Shown piece after piece: positions 1 to 12,600 of a DNA stretch of 39,250 nt (positions within the stretch are counted from its first letter, which is position 1; the number at the start of each line of letters is the position of its first letter). The position numbers were made by a program, and so were the translations under genes. This DNA is from Ministeria vibrans ATCC 50519 (Eukaryota; Protista; Filasterea), in NCBI GenBank assembly GCA_943704425.1, contig CALSCP010001243.1, positions 1 through 39,250 of the forward strand. The letters run 5' to 3'. The notes beneath the pieces were generated by a model, which made no database searches, was not told the origin of the DNA, and saw nothing but the letters and a program-made list of their open reading frames with translations.

Positions 1-81
<81 letters not shown>
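1..81. repeat. (TC)n microsatellite at scaffold start
   Basis: Pure tc dinucleotide run, followed by CT-rich sequence to ~165. Confidence 0.98.
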
Positions 82-86
<5 letters not shown>

Positions 87-245
87 ACTTTGTTTTTTCT
101 CCCTCCTTTATTTCTCTCTCTCTCTCTCTTTCTTTCTCTCTCTCTCTCTCTCTTTTTTTTTTTCTTTGGTTTTTCTATATGTGTGCGTGACTGTCTCTCT
201 GTCTGCCTGTCCGAGTTCTCTCTGTTATCTGAATTTTGCCACGGC

Positions 246-3200
246 TCATTCGGAAGAATAAGTACTAAGAGCCTTTGGGACTTTGTATGGATCAAAGTCT
301 GTCACGTCGCGCTGCAGCAGGTAGTCTCGGAATGGCACCTGCCCAAAGCTGAGTTGATCAGAGAGCGCAGTATAGTCATCGTTAGTCAACTGCACCTCGC
401 AAGGCTAGGTGAAAAAATAGTCAATTGACAATCATAAATAAAGTTTGCATACCAGGTCAACAAACAAGTATCTTAGTGATGGAACATCCCGAAGGAGCGG
501 CGGAGCTGGTGTCCAATCATTATCCACAATGAACATGAGCGAGAAAAACGCCTGAACCTCCTCCCTTCTATCGTCCATAAGCATCTTGTGTACCACATCG
601 TGGAATTGCTCTGGTGTAAACTTGCCATGATCTACCAGCACGAGTGATTTGGTACGTTGGCTCGCCCGAAAGCTTGGCACTGTAACATGTTCCAGTCGCG
701 AAACCTCAACGAAATGAGCGCGAAGCAAAGCAGCGCCGACAATGTCGCGAGCAAAAGCTCGCTTGGCTCGGGTATTGCCACCACGCAGCACCAGCGCCAT
801 GGGCATACGCTTTGTTGGAAACTGAGCCAGATGAGCGAGCCAGCGAAAGATAAACTCGCGCACGTCATTGTCATTGCTCGCGATTGACACGCTGACGTGG
901 TTCTTAATGGCCTCCCATGGCTTTGTGTCTAGCATTGGACTGCGAGCACACGCCATCCACAATAGATCTGAGATAAAGACATCTGCCAGTGTGAACTCCG
1001 CTAATGTCGCGGCCCATTCACCATCGAGAAAGAGGCCACGCAAAACCTTGAGAAGAAACTCTCCAAAGGTAAAATGGAAGGCAAAGCACATGATTGCAAA
1101 GAGGGGCAAGAGGTAGAGAACCCAGCTCCACAGCGCATAGTATTTCAGTGCCCAGTTGCCCTTCTTGACAAAATAGGCAAGAAAGGCGGTGCACAGGGCA
1201 AGCATGAGTGCAAAGAAGAACGGTGTCGTCCACGTAGGACTATAGATAAATGCAAACGTGGCTGGCAACACGAGCAGGCGAAACATGCTCTCGACTGTGG
1301 ACCATGCGAGGATTGGCACAATCGTGAGGCGATCTTTCAAGCTGCCAACACCAAGGAAGAATGCAATGCGACCGAGTGTCCAGGGAAGATTGATAATGAT
1401 CACAAACAAATGGCTGGCCACAAGGGTCGATAGCCCTGCGCCGAAGAGAAACTTGGTCATCTGCTGCATTGCGTCGCAAAACTCGCTACCACAGTTTTCG
1501 AGAACCGATACGTCAACAAACTTCGTGTAGTCAGGCAGCAGACCGGCAAAGAGAGAGCCAGCAAAGAAGGGCATCGATGTGATCATAAACCCTCGAGACC
1601 AGCGAAGGCTGTAAAGCGACGGTCGAGCCAGATCAGCAAGGACAGCAAAAAGAACAAGCAATGAGCCAGTAAAGTACAGTGCCGCACTCCAGTGTCGAGA
1701 CACATCGAACATATGTAGGGCCCCATTGAAATCAGCTTGAGTCGTGTTTGTCGTGGACCCTGACGCCGCTGAGGTAAAGGAATCCAATCCAAAGCGGTTG
1801 GTGAGCGCCTGCTGCGCTCCCACAGTTGTCACATCGACCACCGATTTAATGCCAATGGTCAAAACACCGACACAGCCAATCCACAGGCATGGCCGTCGAC
1901 CCTTGATGCGCTCCCCGTATGTCTCCTTGTCGGCATTTTCGACTCGTTCCAGGAGCCAGTCGATAAATGGAGAATCGTGATACAGTTGAAGCACACGTTG
2001 GAACACCCGCACTGCGCGTGTCTGCAACTGCAGTGAGCACGCAAAGCACGCGCACTCCACTACGGTGCGCCGCATCAAATCGAGAACCAGCTCCGCAAGG
2101 AATAGACCCACAAAGATCACAAGCATCGGCAGAAAAAGGGCCACCAGAATAACTCCTGGGAACCAGGCAGAGAGAGAGAAGATTTCGCCACTGTGGCACA
2201 CCTTGTTTTTCCAAAGGGCTATGTAGCCAGCAAAGAACGCCAAGCTGTTGTAATCTTGTCGCGTACATGTCACCTTCTGGTTCATGCTCTTGAGCAGCTC
2301 GGGCCTGATAAATTCGCGCACAACATCGGGAACGTGCATGGAGTCTGACTGCAGATATGTGCGCGGTATGGTCGTCAAGACTTCAAACGAGGAACTCGCG
2401 AGGAACACCAGAAGTACGGTGGCGCAAAACGATATCACGCCGATGATTGCGACGGGTCGGTGATGCAGCAGTAACACACTGGCAATTGATAGACACGCCT
2501 CGACACCGAACGCAAGCACGGCCGTAGTCTTGACATTGGCTATCGATCGGCATTTTCGTGCGAGAATTCTCCGTCTCCAATGAATCCACTGCAGTACAAC
2601 CATGAGCGAGGCAGCCAGAGTGCACCAAAAAAAGTAGCTGTTGGGTGTCGTGACAGAGGCATACAAAATCGCCCCCAGACACAATTGCACAAACACGTGA
2701 ATGAGCGTGACACAGACTGAGAGTGGCACCAGAACGTCAACCCATTCATGTAGCCTGGCGTCTGTCACAGTGCCTTCGGCGGCCGTCGCGCTAAACCACA
2801 CCATGGTGAACATGAGCGCTGGCGGGATTGCCATTTCGGAGGCAAGAAAGGGCGCAAGCGCAGCCTGCAGGCACTTGACCGGGAACGCAGTTGACAGACT
2901 TGTGGAAAATAGGGCGCCAAGCGAGGAGCCGTCGGTTGCCGTGAAGGAGTCCCCAAAATGCTGCCACAAGGAAAAGGCAACAAACGCAAACAGCGACGAC
3001 AGTTCAAACAAGACCATGGCATGGAGAACTTGGGCTCGTGCGCTGAGCCGCGTTTCAAAGAGTCTCACCAGTTCCGTCTCGTGGATGTCGTATCGTACTA
3101 CCACAGGTCGGTGGTGCAGCTGATTTCTCGTCTTCGCCAAGAGGGAAGCGTTGGGATCGTCCGTGTCACTGCCAGCTTCGTGTTCACTAGTGTCGTCGTT

Positions 3201-6200
3201 GATGGCAAAGGGGCTTCCATGATCAGGGACCCCATACAGAGTTGCACCTGCAGCTGCAGGCATCTGTCGACGACGATCCTCAAACAACTTTCTGCGACGG
3301 TCAATCTCGGCAACACTTTCGCAAGTACAGAAGCACCAGCGAGTCAGCAAAATGAGTAGAAAGGCGACAATGAACAATGCCGTGGCCACAAACACAATCA
3401 CGTTCGCCTGGTCAATCAAACGCATCGCGACTGTTCCATCAAATTGACTTGAGTGCGCTACTGACAACTCCATTTCGTTAAAGACGGTGTGAAGAGGACT
3501 CAGCGTCTTCCATGCGACCGCAAACACAGCCATCAAAGACATCGCCAACACAGCACCAACAATAAACCCTGTGGGTGGTGGGTCCTCACGGCGCACCACG
3601 ATCCATTTCCATGACTTCCACCAGTTTTTGATGGCCCTCTTGCGGAAAATCATGCATCCAGTAATAAAAGCGAATAGAGCAAGACCACACGTCACACCAG
3701 CAATGAGGGGCACGTTTAATTCGCTGAACTCTGCACGACCACCACCAAGAGTAATGATCGTGCTGCCTGAGAGTCCTTGCTGCACACCAGTGCTTATGCA
3801 CGTTGAGTCATTCACTGACGTGCAAAATACATTTGGCGACGTGGTGGGATTGCAGTTACATGACTCGTCGCGTGAGAACAACACAGTCGCAATTTTTGCT
3901 CCTTCATAGGTCATCGAGACAGTGTGAGCACTACAGTAGAGCTGAGGCGCATCTCCGGTGCTCGTCGTGAGAACACCACCTGGGGCGTCACATGGAACAC
4001 ATGCACCTTGAGATCCCAAGTTGATTGAAGTGGAAAACGCCCGGTTGTCCTGGCAAATGTCAGTCTCTTTTTTTCGTGAGCCAAAATTTTTGACAAACAG
4101 ATCATCCTGAGAAATCGGACTCGCACCGCCACTTTGAATCACACGATCGTCCAAGAAGTTCGGAGAGATAGCAAATGATTGAACTGGGTGGCTCCCAAGA
4201 GCCGCTGGGATGCTGCCACAGGAAGAGTATTTGAGAGAGGGCACTGTATAGTTGCATTGCAAGCATCCCACGTCGCAAAAAAGTTTCACCGAAAACCTGT
4301 GTCCCTCCACGTTCAGCATGTTTATCAGAACGTTGACACCAAACACCTGACGGAGATTACTTGGGACATTAGAGCATTGTGACGAATTCACTGGAAGAGT
4401 GAATGATTGCGATCCAGTGTTTGTCATATCACAGTTGGTTGCAGTGAATCCAATGATATGGACAAGCATATTTGAAATGATGTCAGTGCCCACGTGTAGA
4501 GATGCATGTTGAGACAGTTTTCGCGAGCGTCGAGAGAGAAAAAGAGCAATACGCACGTCGGAATCTGAATCGGTTGCAGTACGCAATGGCGACTCCAACG
4601 GTGCAGTACTCGTCGTAGTTGCCTCACGAATAGAATGTTGATCATTCTGCAAGTTGGCGGGTTGTATATTTGGACAAAGAAGCCATGGTTTCTTGGCGTG
4701 TCCGGGCATGCACCAGGTTGTAATCTCAACGTAGCCTGATTTGCCGTTAGGGGAGGCCACCGAGCGAATCAAAGGATTGGGTGCCATAGGAACAAACATT
4801 CCCGAGACCGTAAGATAGTACTTGTTGAGCATGGCATTGAGACCCTCGTCGATTTTTGGAGATTGGGCCTGAATAAACTGCCGTGTTGCGTCTGTGTTGT
4901 GGATAAAGAGCGAATTCGATCCCATGACTTCGGCTTTTCCAGCACCAACCGTGATGGCCCCAACTTGAAAGAAAAGGCGTAGTGTTTGCATGTTCGGCGT
5001 CACAATCGTGGTAAACACTTGCTGTGTCGAATTGATCGCTTCGAGGGAGAGAAGGTGAAAGAAAATGTCAGAGGGATGGGGCTGTGTGGATGTCACCCCC
5101 TGTCCATTTGCTTCATCCCTGCCACTGTCATGCAAACTTGGCGGGGAGAGAGTATCATTCGATTTGGCCACACACGAGATGTCAAAATCAATTGTACTTT
5201 CGAGGGCAAGCATGGTCGCTTTCGTTGTGTCATTGAGCACCTGTATCACCTGTGGTGTACCAATAGTAACGTTGGTGATTAGATCAGCCCCATCGTACGT
5301 CACATTGTAGTTCGTGACAAAAAGACCGGCAAATTGAAAGCTCTCAAGCAATTGCGTGACGACACCTGCGTCAATCATAACGGCGCCAATGGCATTCAGG
5401 GTGTCTCCATCAAAGGTGGTCATATTGTTTGAATAGGTGGTTGGTAGTTGGGTTGGTGGCGTGGTATATGTTTGGGTTGCCACAGTGCCGTTAGGAAATT
5501 TGCGCGTCGCGGTTGACTCAGTTGCAATGTACGCAACAAAGTTATTCCGAGGGTGCCATAGAAGGTCAATCAGCTTGTACGTTGCCATAACTGAACCAGT
5601 CGGGCTGTCTTCGTGCAAAGTCACATGGTCAATATTGAAATTCTTATTCATGTGTGTGACCCAATTGTCGTATGAGGAGACAGCAAAATTTTGAATTTTA
5701 GCTGGCAAACCCTCGAGGAGCCAATGTACGAAAAAGTCCTTCTGACAATTATTAGTCGTGTCTATGGGTTTCTGGATCCATACGGGGAGGGGTGCCCCAC
5801 TCATTTTCACAACGTAGCCTTTGGCACCTTTGAAGATATCGAATACAGCAGTCTGCTTGAGGGAAGCGACAATATGTGCAATCTCGTCGCAAAGTGTTAT
5901 TTTAATGCCGACATGATAATGGGCTTCAATATGAAAGGAAAGCGTAACTGCTATGGTTGCGGTGACTTTGAGCGACCCAATAGATCCCGAAGCAACTGGT
6001 TTTTCAATTCCAACGTAAGTGGGAGTAAATTTAAGCGTGCGCTGCTTCTTTCGCTGATATGAATTGTAATCTCCGCCACATGTCATGCCATTCCCTCCAG
6101 TACACCCGTTAATATTAAAGTTGAGAGTCTGGAAGTATTGGAGCATCGGTTCTTGCAATTGGGCGATGGAATTTTTCACGGACTCTTGTGTTACAACAAC

Positions 6201-6461
6201 AACACCGTTGGAGAGGGTCGCTGAAATACTCTCTTGTGGGTTCAAAATTGGATGACTTTGCGGCGCATAAGGAGAGAAATAGGGGTTTCTTGGCAGTGGT
6301 GAGGGTGGCGACACGCCGGCCGCGTGTGGAGGAAGACCAGAGGATGCTGGGAAATTTTCGGAATATTCGAGCGGGGCGCGAAACGGGACGGCCGCGACGA
6401 GACTGCCACTCATGCACGTAATGCTAGAGAAGAGAAGCAAGTAGAGCAGCATAGACTGCAT
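246..6461 (-). CDS. ~2055-aa protein: signal peptide, probable BPI/LBP (TULIP)-like ectodomain, Cys-rich segment, many TM helices, C-terminal degenerate SF3/D5-like (DUF5906-type) helicase domain
   Basis: Exon 1 is 6461-453 (2003 codons). A 48-nt GT-AG intron at 452-405 (gtatgc...cacctag) leads to exon 2, 404-246, encoding PCEVQLTNDDYTALSDQLSFGQVPFRDYLLQRDVTDFDPYKVPKALSTYSSE*. Hydrophobic N-terminus; many hydrophobic helices from aa ~920 to 1840; C-terminal WLAHLAQFPTKRMPMALVLRGG...LVLVDH...FIVDNDW...RYLFVD pattern. Confidence 0.85.
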
Positions 6462-6671
6462 TTTGGCACAATTTTGGAACTGACCGAACGACAGAGAGAG
6501 AAGAATGTGAGAAAAAATATAAAAAAAAACAAAAAAATATGAAGAAAAAATCAGGTTGAAATCAGGTGAGTTTTTCGTGAGTTTTGATTGGATACGAATT
6601 TGATACCCCTTGGGATAGATTGTGGTTTTGCAATTGACCGCTGAAAAATGTAATAAAGCTCACCCCTAATT

Positions 6672-6930
6672 CCTAAACACTAATACCGCAAACGAAAGCG
6701 ACATGCGTCAAGCAGAATTTGCAGGCGACACGCAAAACGGAAGCAAAACGATTTTTTACAAAAAAAAACACAGTCGATATTACATATCTCGACCATATCA
6801 GCCCCGGACGACCATCGTAAACAAAGAAATATCACCTACAAACACCACTAACACAAACGAGAGCGACAGAAGTCATACATAATTTGCAGACGATACGAAA
6901 AACAATGTTTACAAAAAAACAGTCGATGAT
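6672..6930. repeat. Diverged direct repeat pair (~100 nt units, ~160 nt spacing) upstream of the large gene
   Basis: caaacgaaagcgaca...aatttgcaggcgacacgcaaaac...tttacaaaaaaaaacacagtcgat (6672-6780) vs caaacgagagcgaca...aatttgcagacgatacgaaaaac...tttacaaaaaaacagtcgat (6835-6930). Confidence 0.7.
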
Positions 6931-7129
6931 CCCCAAACAGTGTAAACACACAACAGCCCACCCCTACTCTCACACAGTGGACGGCGATTTGCAACGAGCC
7001 CCACAGTTTTGAGTCCGTTCTCGGCCATTACCATTGCGAACAGAAACGATGCACATCCCACACATTTACTGTTCGTCCTAGTTCCGTCTTAGTGTTGCTA
7101 TTTGGGACAACGGGTAAAGAATTGAAGAA

Positions 7130-7260
7130 TGCAGACTGATTGTCCGCAAATGACCAGTTAGTGTTTTTGTGTACGCTCCACTTTCAGTGGACCATAGTTT
7201 GATTGTCTTGTCCAAAGAAGCACTGAGAAGAATGAGAATACTCTTTCCCATGGAAGTGAG
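7130..7260 (-). pseudogene. WD40-repeat gene fragment
   Basis: LLSASLDKTIKLWSTESGAYTKTLTGH is a canonical WD40 repeat. Only about one repeat is present and it abuts telomeric repeats. Confidence 0.75.
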
Positions 7261-7265
7261 AATCG

Positions 7266-7285
7266 CCCTAACCCTAACCCTAACC
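7266..7285 (+). repeat. Interstitial telomeric repeat (CCCTAA)3CC
   Basis: ccctaaccctaaccctaacc read directly. Confidence 0.9.
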
Positions 7286-7289
7286 ATTC

Positions 7290-7830
7290 ACCTCCCTCTT
7301 CTTATGTACACCAACAGAGACTTTGCGCTGCGTCGACGCGCTTTGCAAACACTCGACCGACACTAACCGGGTGTAATTGTCGTCGTAGAGACGCCACCGG
7401 CCAGACTCTTGCGCCGTCGGTGGCGTGCGCGCGTGCTCCTCCCCGTCACGCACGATAGAGACGCCGTCATCTGCGTCTGCTGCAAACCGTTTCAATCCTG
7501 CTCTCATCAAATACAAGGAGTATAAAAGGTATAGTACAAACCATCAGATTAATGCACTAGTATATGCGGAGTATATACATCGTTGATTCGGTACCGACAA
7601 AAAGCACATTGGGATAGCGGTTCGATAGCGGTGCAAACGCGTCGTCTTGGTGAAAGCATGCGTCGCTCCGCACACGTCACATGATTTGACAATTGCTTCG
7701 CGATTGTTCATCAGTTCGTTGAAGCAATCAATGAGCATCGTGCAGGTAGATTCGCGAGGAACAGGCAACTGAAGACATTGTTCAGGTTGAAAGGTCCTCG
7801 ACGTGCTGCGACATGCACTCGTCGACAGGG
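7290..7830 (-). pseudogene. Ubiquitin-specific protease (peptidase C19) fragment
   Basis: STSRTFQPEQCLQLPVP...LIDCFNELMNNRE...CDVCG...TKTTRLHR...LKRF...GRWRLYDDN resembles USP finger and C-terminal boxes. No intact Cys-box or His-box; pieces are in different frames. Confidence 0.6.
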
Positions 7831-8038
7831 CGGCCACACGCGACTGAAGCAGGCTGTATGTCTCACTCGTAAAGAAGCTGTCACAACGCGACAGAAAGTT
7901 GGCCCAAAACTTGGAGGCGGGCGAAGCATGACTTGTCGCACGCGTGGGTGCGGGGCGTACATGTCGTTTGTGACGGTCCAACTTCGTGTGCAGTAAGTCA
8001 AGGTTCGCTTCAACTCGCTCCAACGACCCCTCCTAGAA

Positions 8039-8525
8039 ATGAAACAGAACCTGACGATCAACGACGCCGACGTCGTTGCCATGCTCAGACTACAGAAGAC
8101 GCTACAAATCGAGTCGCGCCTGCTCGACTCGACTGCGCAAAAATTTTCAAGCACATGTCCCTCAGACACGCCGCTGGGATACGGCGCGTTACAACTCCTC
8201 CCTCAACACCATTTTCGACATTGAACCACTCTCTCGATTGTTCTCTGAGCTATTGGACGCATACGGCCTTGTCAACAGCACGGCTGTATCGGTGGTACAG
8301 CCGCCCATAACACCGACACCCACGCTGCGCTGTGAGATCTCCCAGTGGACGTTGTGGTCCAATTGCACAGCAGAGTGTGGAACCAAGACCCAGACACGCA
8401 ACCGCACCATCGCCCAGTTGCCTTCGCATATGTGTGAGTCGTGTAACTCTGTCGCAGACTGCCCTTCCCTGAGTGAGACAGCTGGGTGCAACACCGTCGA
8501 GTGTCCAATCGACTGCACCGTCTCA
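8039..8525 (+). pseudogene. Thrombospondin type-1 (spondin-like) repeat gene fragment
   Basis: CEISQWTLWSNCTAECGTKTQTRNRTI...CPSLSETAGCNTVECPIDCTVS fits WxxWxxC..CG..RxR. The second repeat breaks off after DCTVS; the upstream part is frameshifted and has no signal peptide. Confidence 0.7.
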
Positions 8526-9621
8526 ATTAGTCTTTTAGTCTCGACTTCGTCTGTCTCAAAATGTGATTAGTCTTAGTTAGTCTCGTTGTTCCTTGGGGTC
8601 AGAAATGCGCTGCTCTAGTGCAGTAGCCATTCTTGCAAGGCGCTCCCCATTTGCCCGCAACACCGGCTGGCAAAGGTTGGCAAAGGTTTACTAATGTCTG
8701 AAACGACGTTCAAACGAAGTTCAATTCATGTTGGTATTGACGGCTGGCTGTATGGCGGGGCGAGAGGGGCGAATTGAAGTGATCTAGAGGTCAGGCAGGG
8801 GCCAGGGAGTTGACGGTCGAACGGCTGACGGCTCTATTCCTCCTACTCACTGCTTTTCTAAGTTCTCAGTGTGCCGCCTTTTGTGAAAACACAAACCGAA
8901 CAGTACGTGTATGGGTTGTAAAGTTGTGTTCGTGGTGCCTGTTGCGTTGAAGTTCCGTTGATATTACGAAGATTACCAACCCGAAACGCTGCTAAGCCCT
9001 TCAAATCAGAGCGTATCTACGGACACAACGTTGAGTGTGTATGTATATAGTGTGTTGGTGAAGGATGTATGATTGTGGAGGGCGGTGATTTTATATGAGA
9101 GCCACTCTCGCTTATTTTTTTATTATATTTTTTCGTGAACCAAAACATTCCCAAAACATGCCTTGCTCACTAGCGCCTGCAAATAATAGAGTCTGGAGTG
9201 TACGTGGTAAACTTCTGTATATCCGTCCTACCACCCTGAAACCTAGAAGGAAGAAGCTGTGGCTACTTCGTCACAACATCCAGGGGAATTTCCAAAAAAA
9301 AAAAAAACGGGTTCTGTGACCTCCTGGTTACTGCCCTAAACATATGTTTTTTATCTATGGCGTACATACGTATCAAAAGGTGTTTTATTCTACTCCGTGC
9401 AATGCTTCGCATAAGAAAAGAGAGAGTCTCCTCTTTTTTTCAGTATCCCTTTCTACACTCAGTAAAATAGTACCAGTAGCGCAGGCTGCGCGACTACCTT
9501 ATTTCTTTCTTGCCTGGCTGGTTGGTTTTATGTGCTTGGCTTGAACCTCTTGCCCATTTTTTTGGTATTACTTCGGCATCTGACTAACATCTGACACTCT
9601 CTTCCCAAGAGATTCTTCTGC

Positions 9622-12600
9622 ATGGCCGACCACAACGCCAACCTCAATGACGAACTTTTGCGTTCGGCGGCGTTTCTGTGCGATTGTCACAATGCAGACC
9701 CCGACGTTGTGAAACACAAGCTTAATGCCAACGCAAATCTCCACCTGATCACGCATGCGACGCCCACAACCAACGCGCCATTCCCTTACATCATCGCTCG
9801 CGGCAGCGCGTGTGAATACCGCGGAAAGGAATGTATCCCTTGCTTTGTCTCAGCCTCTGGTACAGTTTCATTCTCACATGTCATGGTGGATCTCTGTGCC
9901 TTCGTTGCTCCGCCCTTCAACGGCATCGACGGCAAAGTGCACGCTGGCTTCTACAATGCCTTCAACTCCATGCCCTTGGCCTTCCTGGACCGCACGATAC
10001 GAGATGGTCTCCCGATTGATGACGCGATGCCCAACGGTGAGCGATTGCCGGTACACCTCTTTCTGTGCGGGCACTCGCTTGGCGCGGCTCTTGCCCAACT
10101 CATGTGTGCGTGGCTTATTAATGGTAAGCGCCATGCGATAGAGATACCTGTCTCTATCTATCTATCTCTCCCTCTCTCTCCCTCTCATGAGCTCTCTTCA
10201 TCTCATACACACACACATAATTTTATTCCTCATTCTCTATTTGGTATTCTTCTCTCCTTCTGCAGTGCCTGGGATGGGTGCCCAGTGCAAAAACCGCGTC
10301 ACCATGCTCGGCCTCGGGTCTCCCTTGGTTGGCGACAAGGAGTATGCCTCCTCGTACGACCTTCGCTGCCAAGAGTATGGTGTGCGGAACTTCCAGTTCA
10401 TTCACAAGGACGACATTGTGCCTGCCATGATCCACGTTGTGCACGCGACGCTCTCATCCCTCGAGACCGACTCTTCCGACTCCACCACCAACTCCAACAA
10501 CACCTCCAACAACACCTCCACTGCCACCTCCGTTGCCAACTCATTGAAGAAGGAAGCGCAAAAGATGCTCCCAGCACTGCTCAACGTTATATCAGCAGAC
10601 AGCACGATACTCCAAACAATGGGAAGCATGATCCCTTCCTTGGCGCAGTTCGTTGGCCGCTGCCTGCGAATTTTCATCGAGTCGAATCTCGCCGTGTTTG
10701 ACGCCCATCGCTCTGGTGCTTACTGCATCCATGAGCTCGAACCGCTTTCGACTTGCGCCGCTGCCACCATCGCCGCCACCGCGGAGCGATTCACTCTGCT
10801 CGACTACACTCAGCTGCTGGCACGTCTCGAGCAGCATCGCCAACGGAGCTTTGATTTCGTCATGCTCCAACACCACCTCTGCCACAACTACGTTAAGCAC
10901 ATCTGTCGCAACCCACACGACCACGACGTCGGCTGTCCTGTGCAAACGCTCACGTCCATTCTGCCTCGCATCACTGGTCTCGCGCCCCACGGCAGCTTCA
11001 AGTCTCCGATGCCAGGCATTAAGTCGCGTGGCCGTTTCTCGCACTACATTGTGCTCAGTGGCAGTGGTCTCGACGCTGTCACCACAGTCAGACTGGTCCC
11101 GCAGATGTCCGAACCCGCGCCGGTGCGAGAGTTTGTGCCCGAGCCGAACACAACCTACACGCAGCTCGCGATTTTCTACGTGGACCGCGACGACTCGAGT
11201 CTCGACAACGCCCCCGTCAAACTCGTCTCCCCATTTGGCACTACCTCTAGTACGCTTCCTGGTGGCATCCGCACACAGGTGCCCCTGCTTAACGACGGCG
11301 TCAACCTGACTGCGGGCCGTATTGCCGTCAACAACCTCCCTCCCTTGCAGCTCTTCTTTTTTGCGCAGTTTATGACGCTGGTCGATGTCGACACGTCACG
11401 CAAGCAGGACGTGTCGCTGCTGCTGGACTGTATGGAGACGTACGGTGCCCAACTTGACGGCATTCCAAAGCTGAAGACGGAAATGGAGCTGCTGCTCAAG
11501 AAGGTGCGCAGTGAACAGGGCCGACATGCAGACATTGCCCAAATCCTCAAAGAGATGGATGCCGTCTTCTACGAAAAGGCGATCAAGGAGATTCAGGAAA
11601 GGAGGGAGGCATACTCTCCGCTTGTGAGTGTCACCAAACAAGTCCACGGCGCTCTGGAGACGCTGGAGGAGCCACGTTGGACTCTGTCACCTGAACCGGC
11701 CCATGGCAAGCAGCTGCAGGCGGAGACGACGACGACGACTCGGCTTGAAGCACTTGCGAGGGCACGGGATGCGGAAGCGGTTGCCTACGCATCTCTGCGC
11801 ACAATACGAGATCCGTTTGAAAGCCCTCAAGGCGCTCCTGCCACCGCCGAAGCTGGCGGCGGCGAGGTCGGCCGCCCCACCATCGTGAAAGCCATGTCCG
11901 ACTCTGTTCCGACCCTGCTTCGCGCGTACACGCGCCTTGCCAGGCCCTCCTTGAAGTTTCTCACACACCCGCTCCGTATTTTCGGGCTGGTGCTGTTGGG
12001 AGTGGTTATTGCTGCTGCGACGATTGGCTGTGCAGTCGCTGCCATGGCTGCCATGGCGGTAGTGGAGGTGGCTGGGGCTGTTCTCGCCGGAGGGGCTGCC
12101 ATAAGCGCCGGTGCGGCGGCGGCGGTGGGCAGTGTGATCACGGCTGCGCTCGTTGCCCTTGCTGTGCACATCGGCAAAGCCTTGAAGGCCCTTGACCATG
12201 ACTACTACACGGCTCTCGCCGATGTTGGGTCTCGCTTGGGCATTGACATGAGCGCACGTCCGTCTGGAATGTACTTCTCTGAGGCGGTCATTGTGCAAGT
12301 GCTCAAGGGCAGCTTTGGGTTTGCCGACTCGCACGACCTTCTCAAGTTTATTCGCACTGACCCCACCACCGTCAAGCACCGTCTCCTTTTGCTCTGCCCA
12401 AACGACGGCTCTAAAACGTGTCCTTCCCGGATCTTCGAAAAAGTCAAACCTACATCTGAGCTGCGACTCGCCGAGTTTTTGCATCAGGTAATAATTGTAA
12501 AAGGTTGCTTCAGTTTCTTGTTCACATTTTGTATCGTTAAATGTGCCGTAGGTGTACATTATGTATGAGCTGCGGGATGTGCTGTCCAAGGTGGTGCTTG

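Noticed and set aside
90-428. 112-aa + strand ORF
   Set aside because: Starts in CT microsatellite sequence and lies antisense to the real last exon of the large minus-strand gene.
432-452. ORF-track C-terminus VCKLYL* of the 2009-aa ORF
   Set aside because: Better explained as intron read-through; splicing at gtatgc restores the helicase-like continuation.
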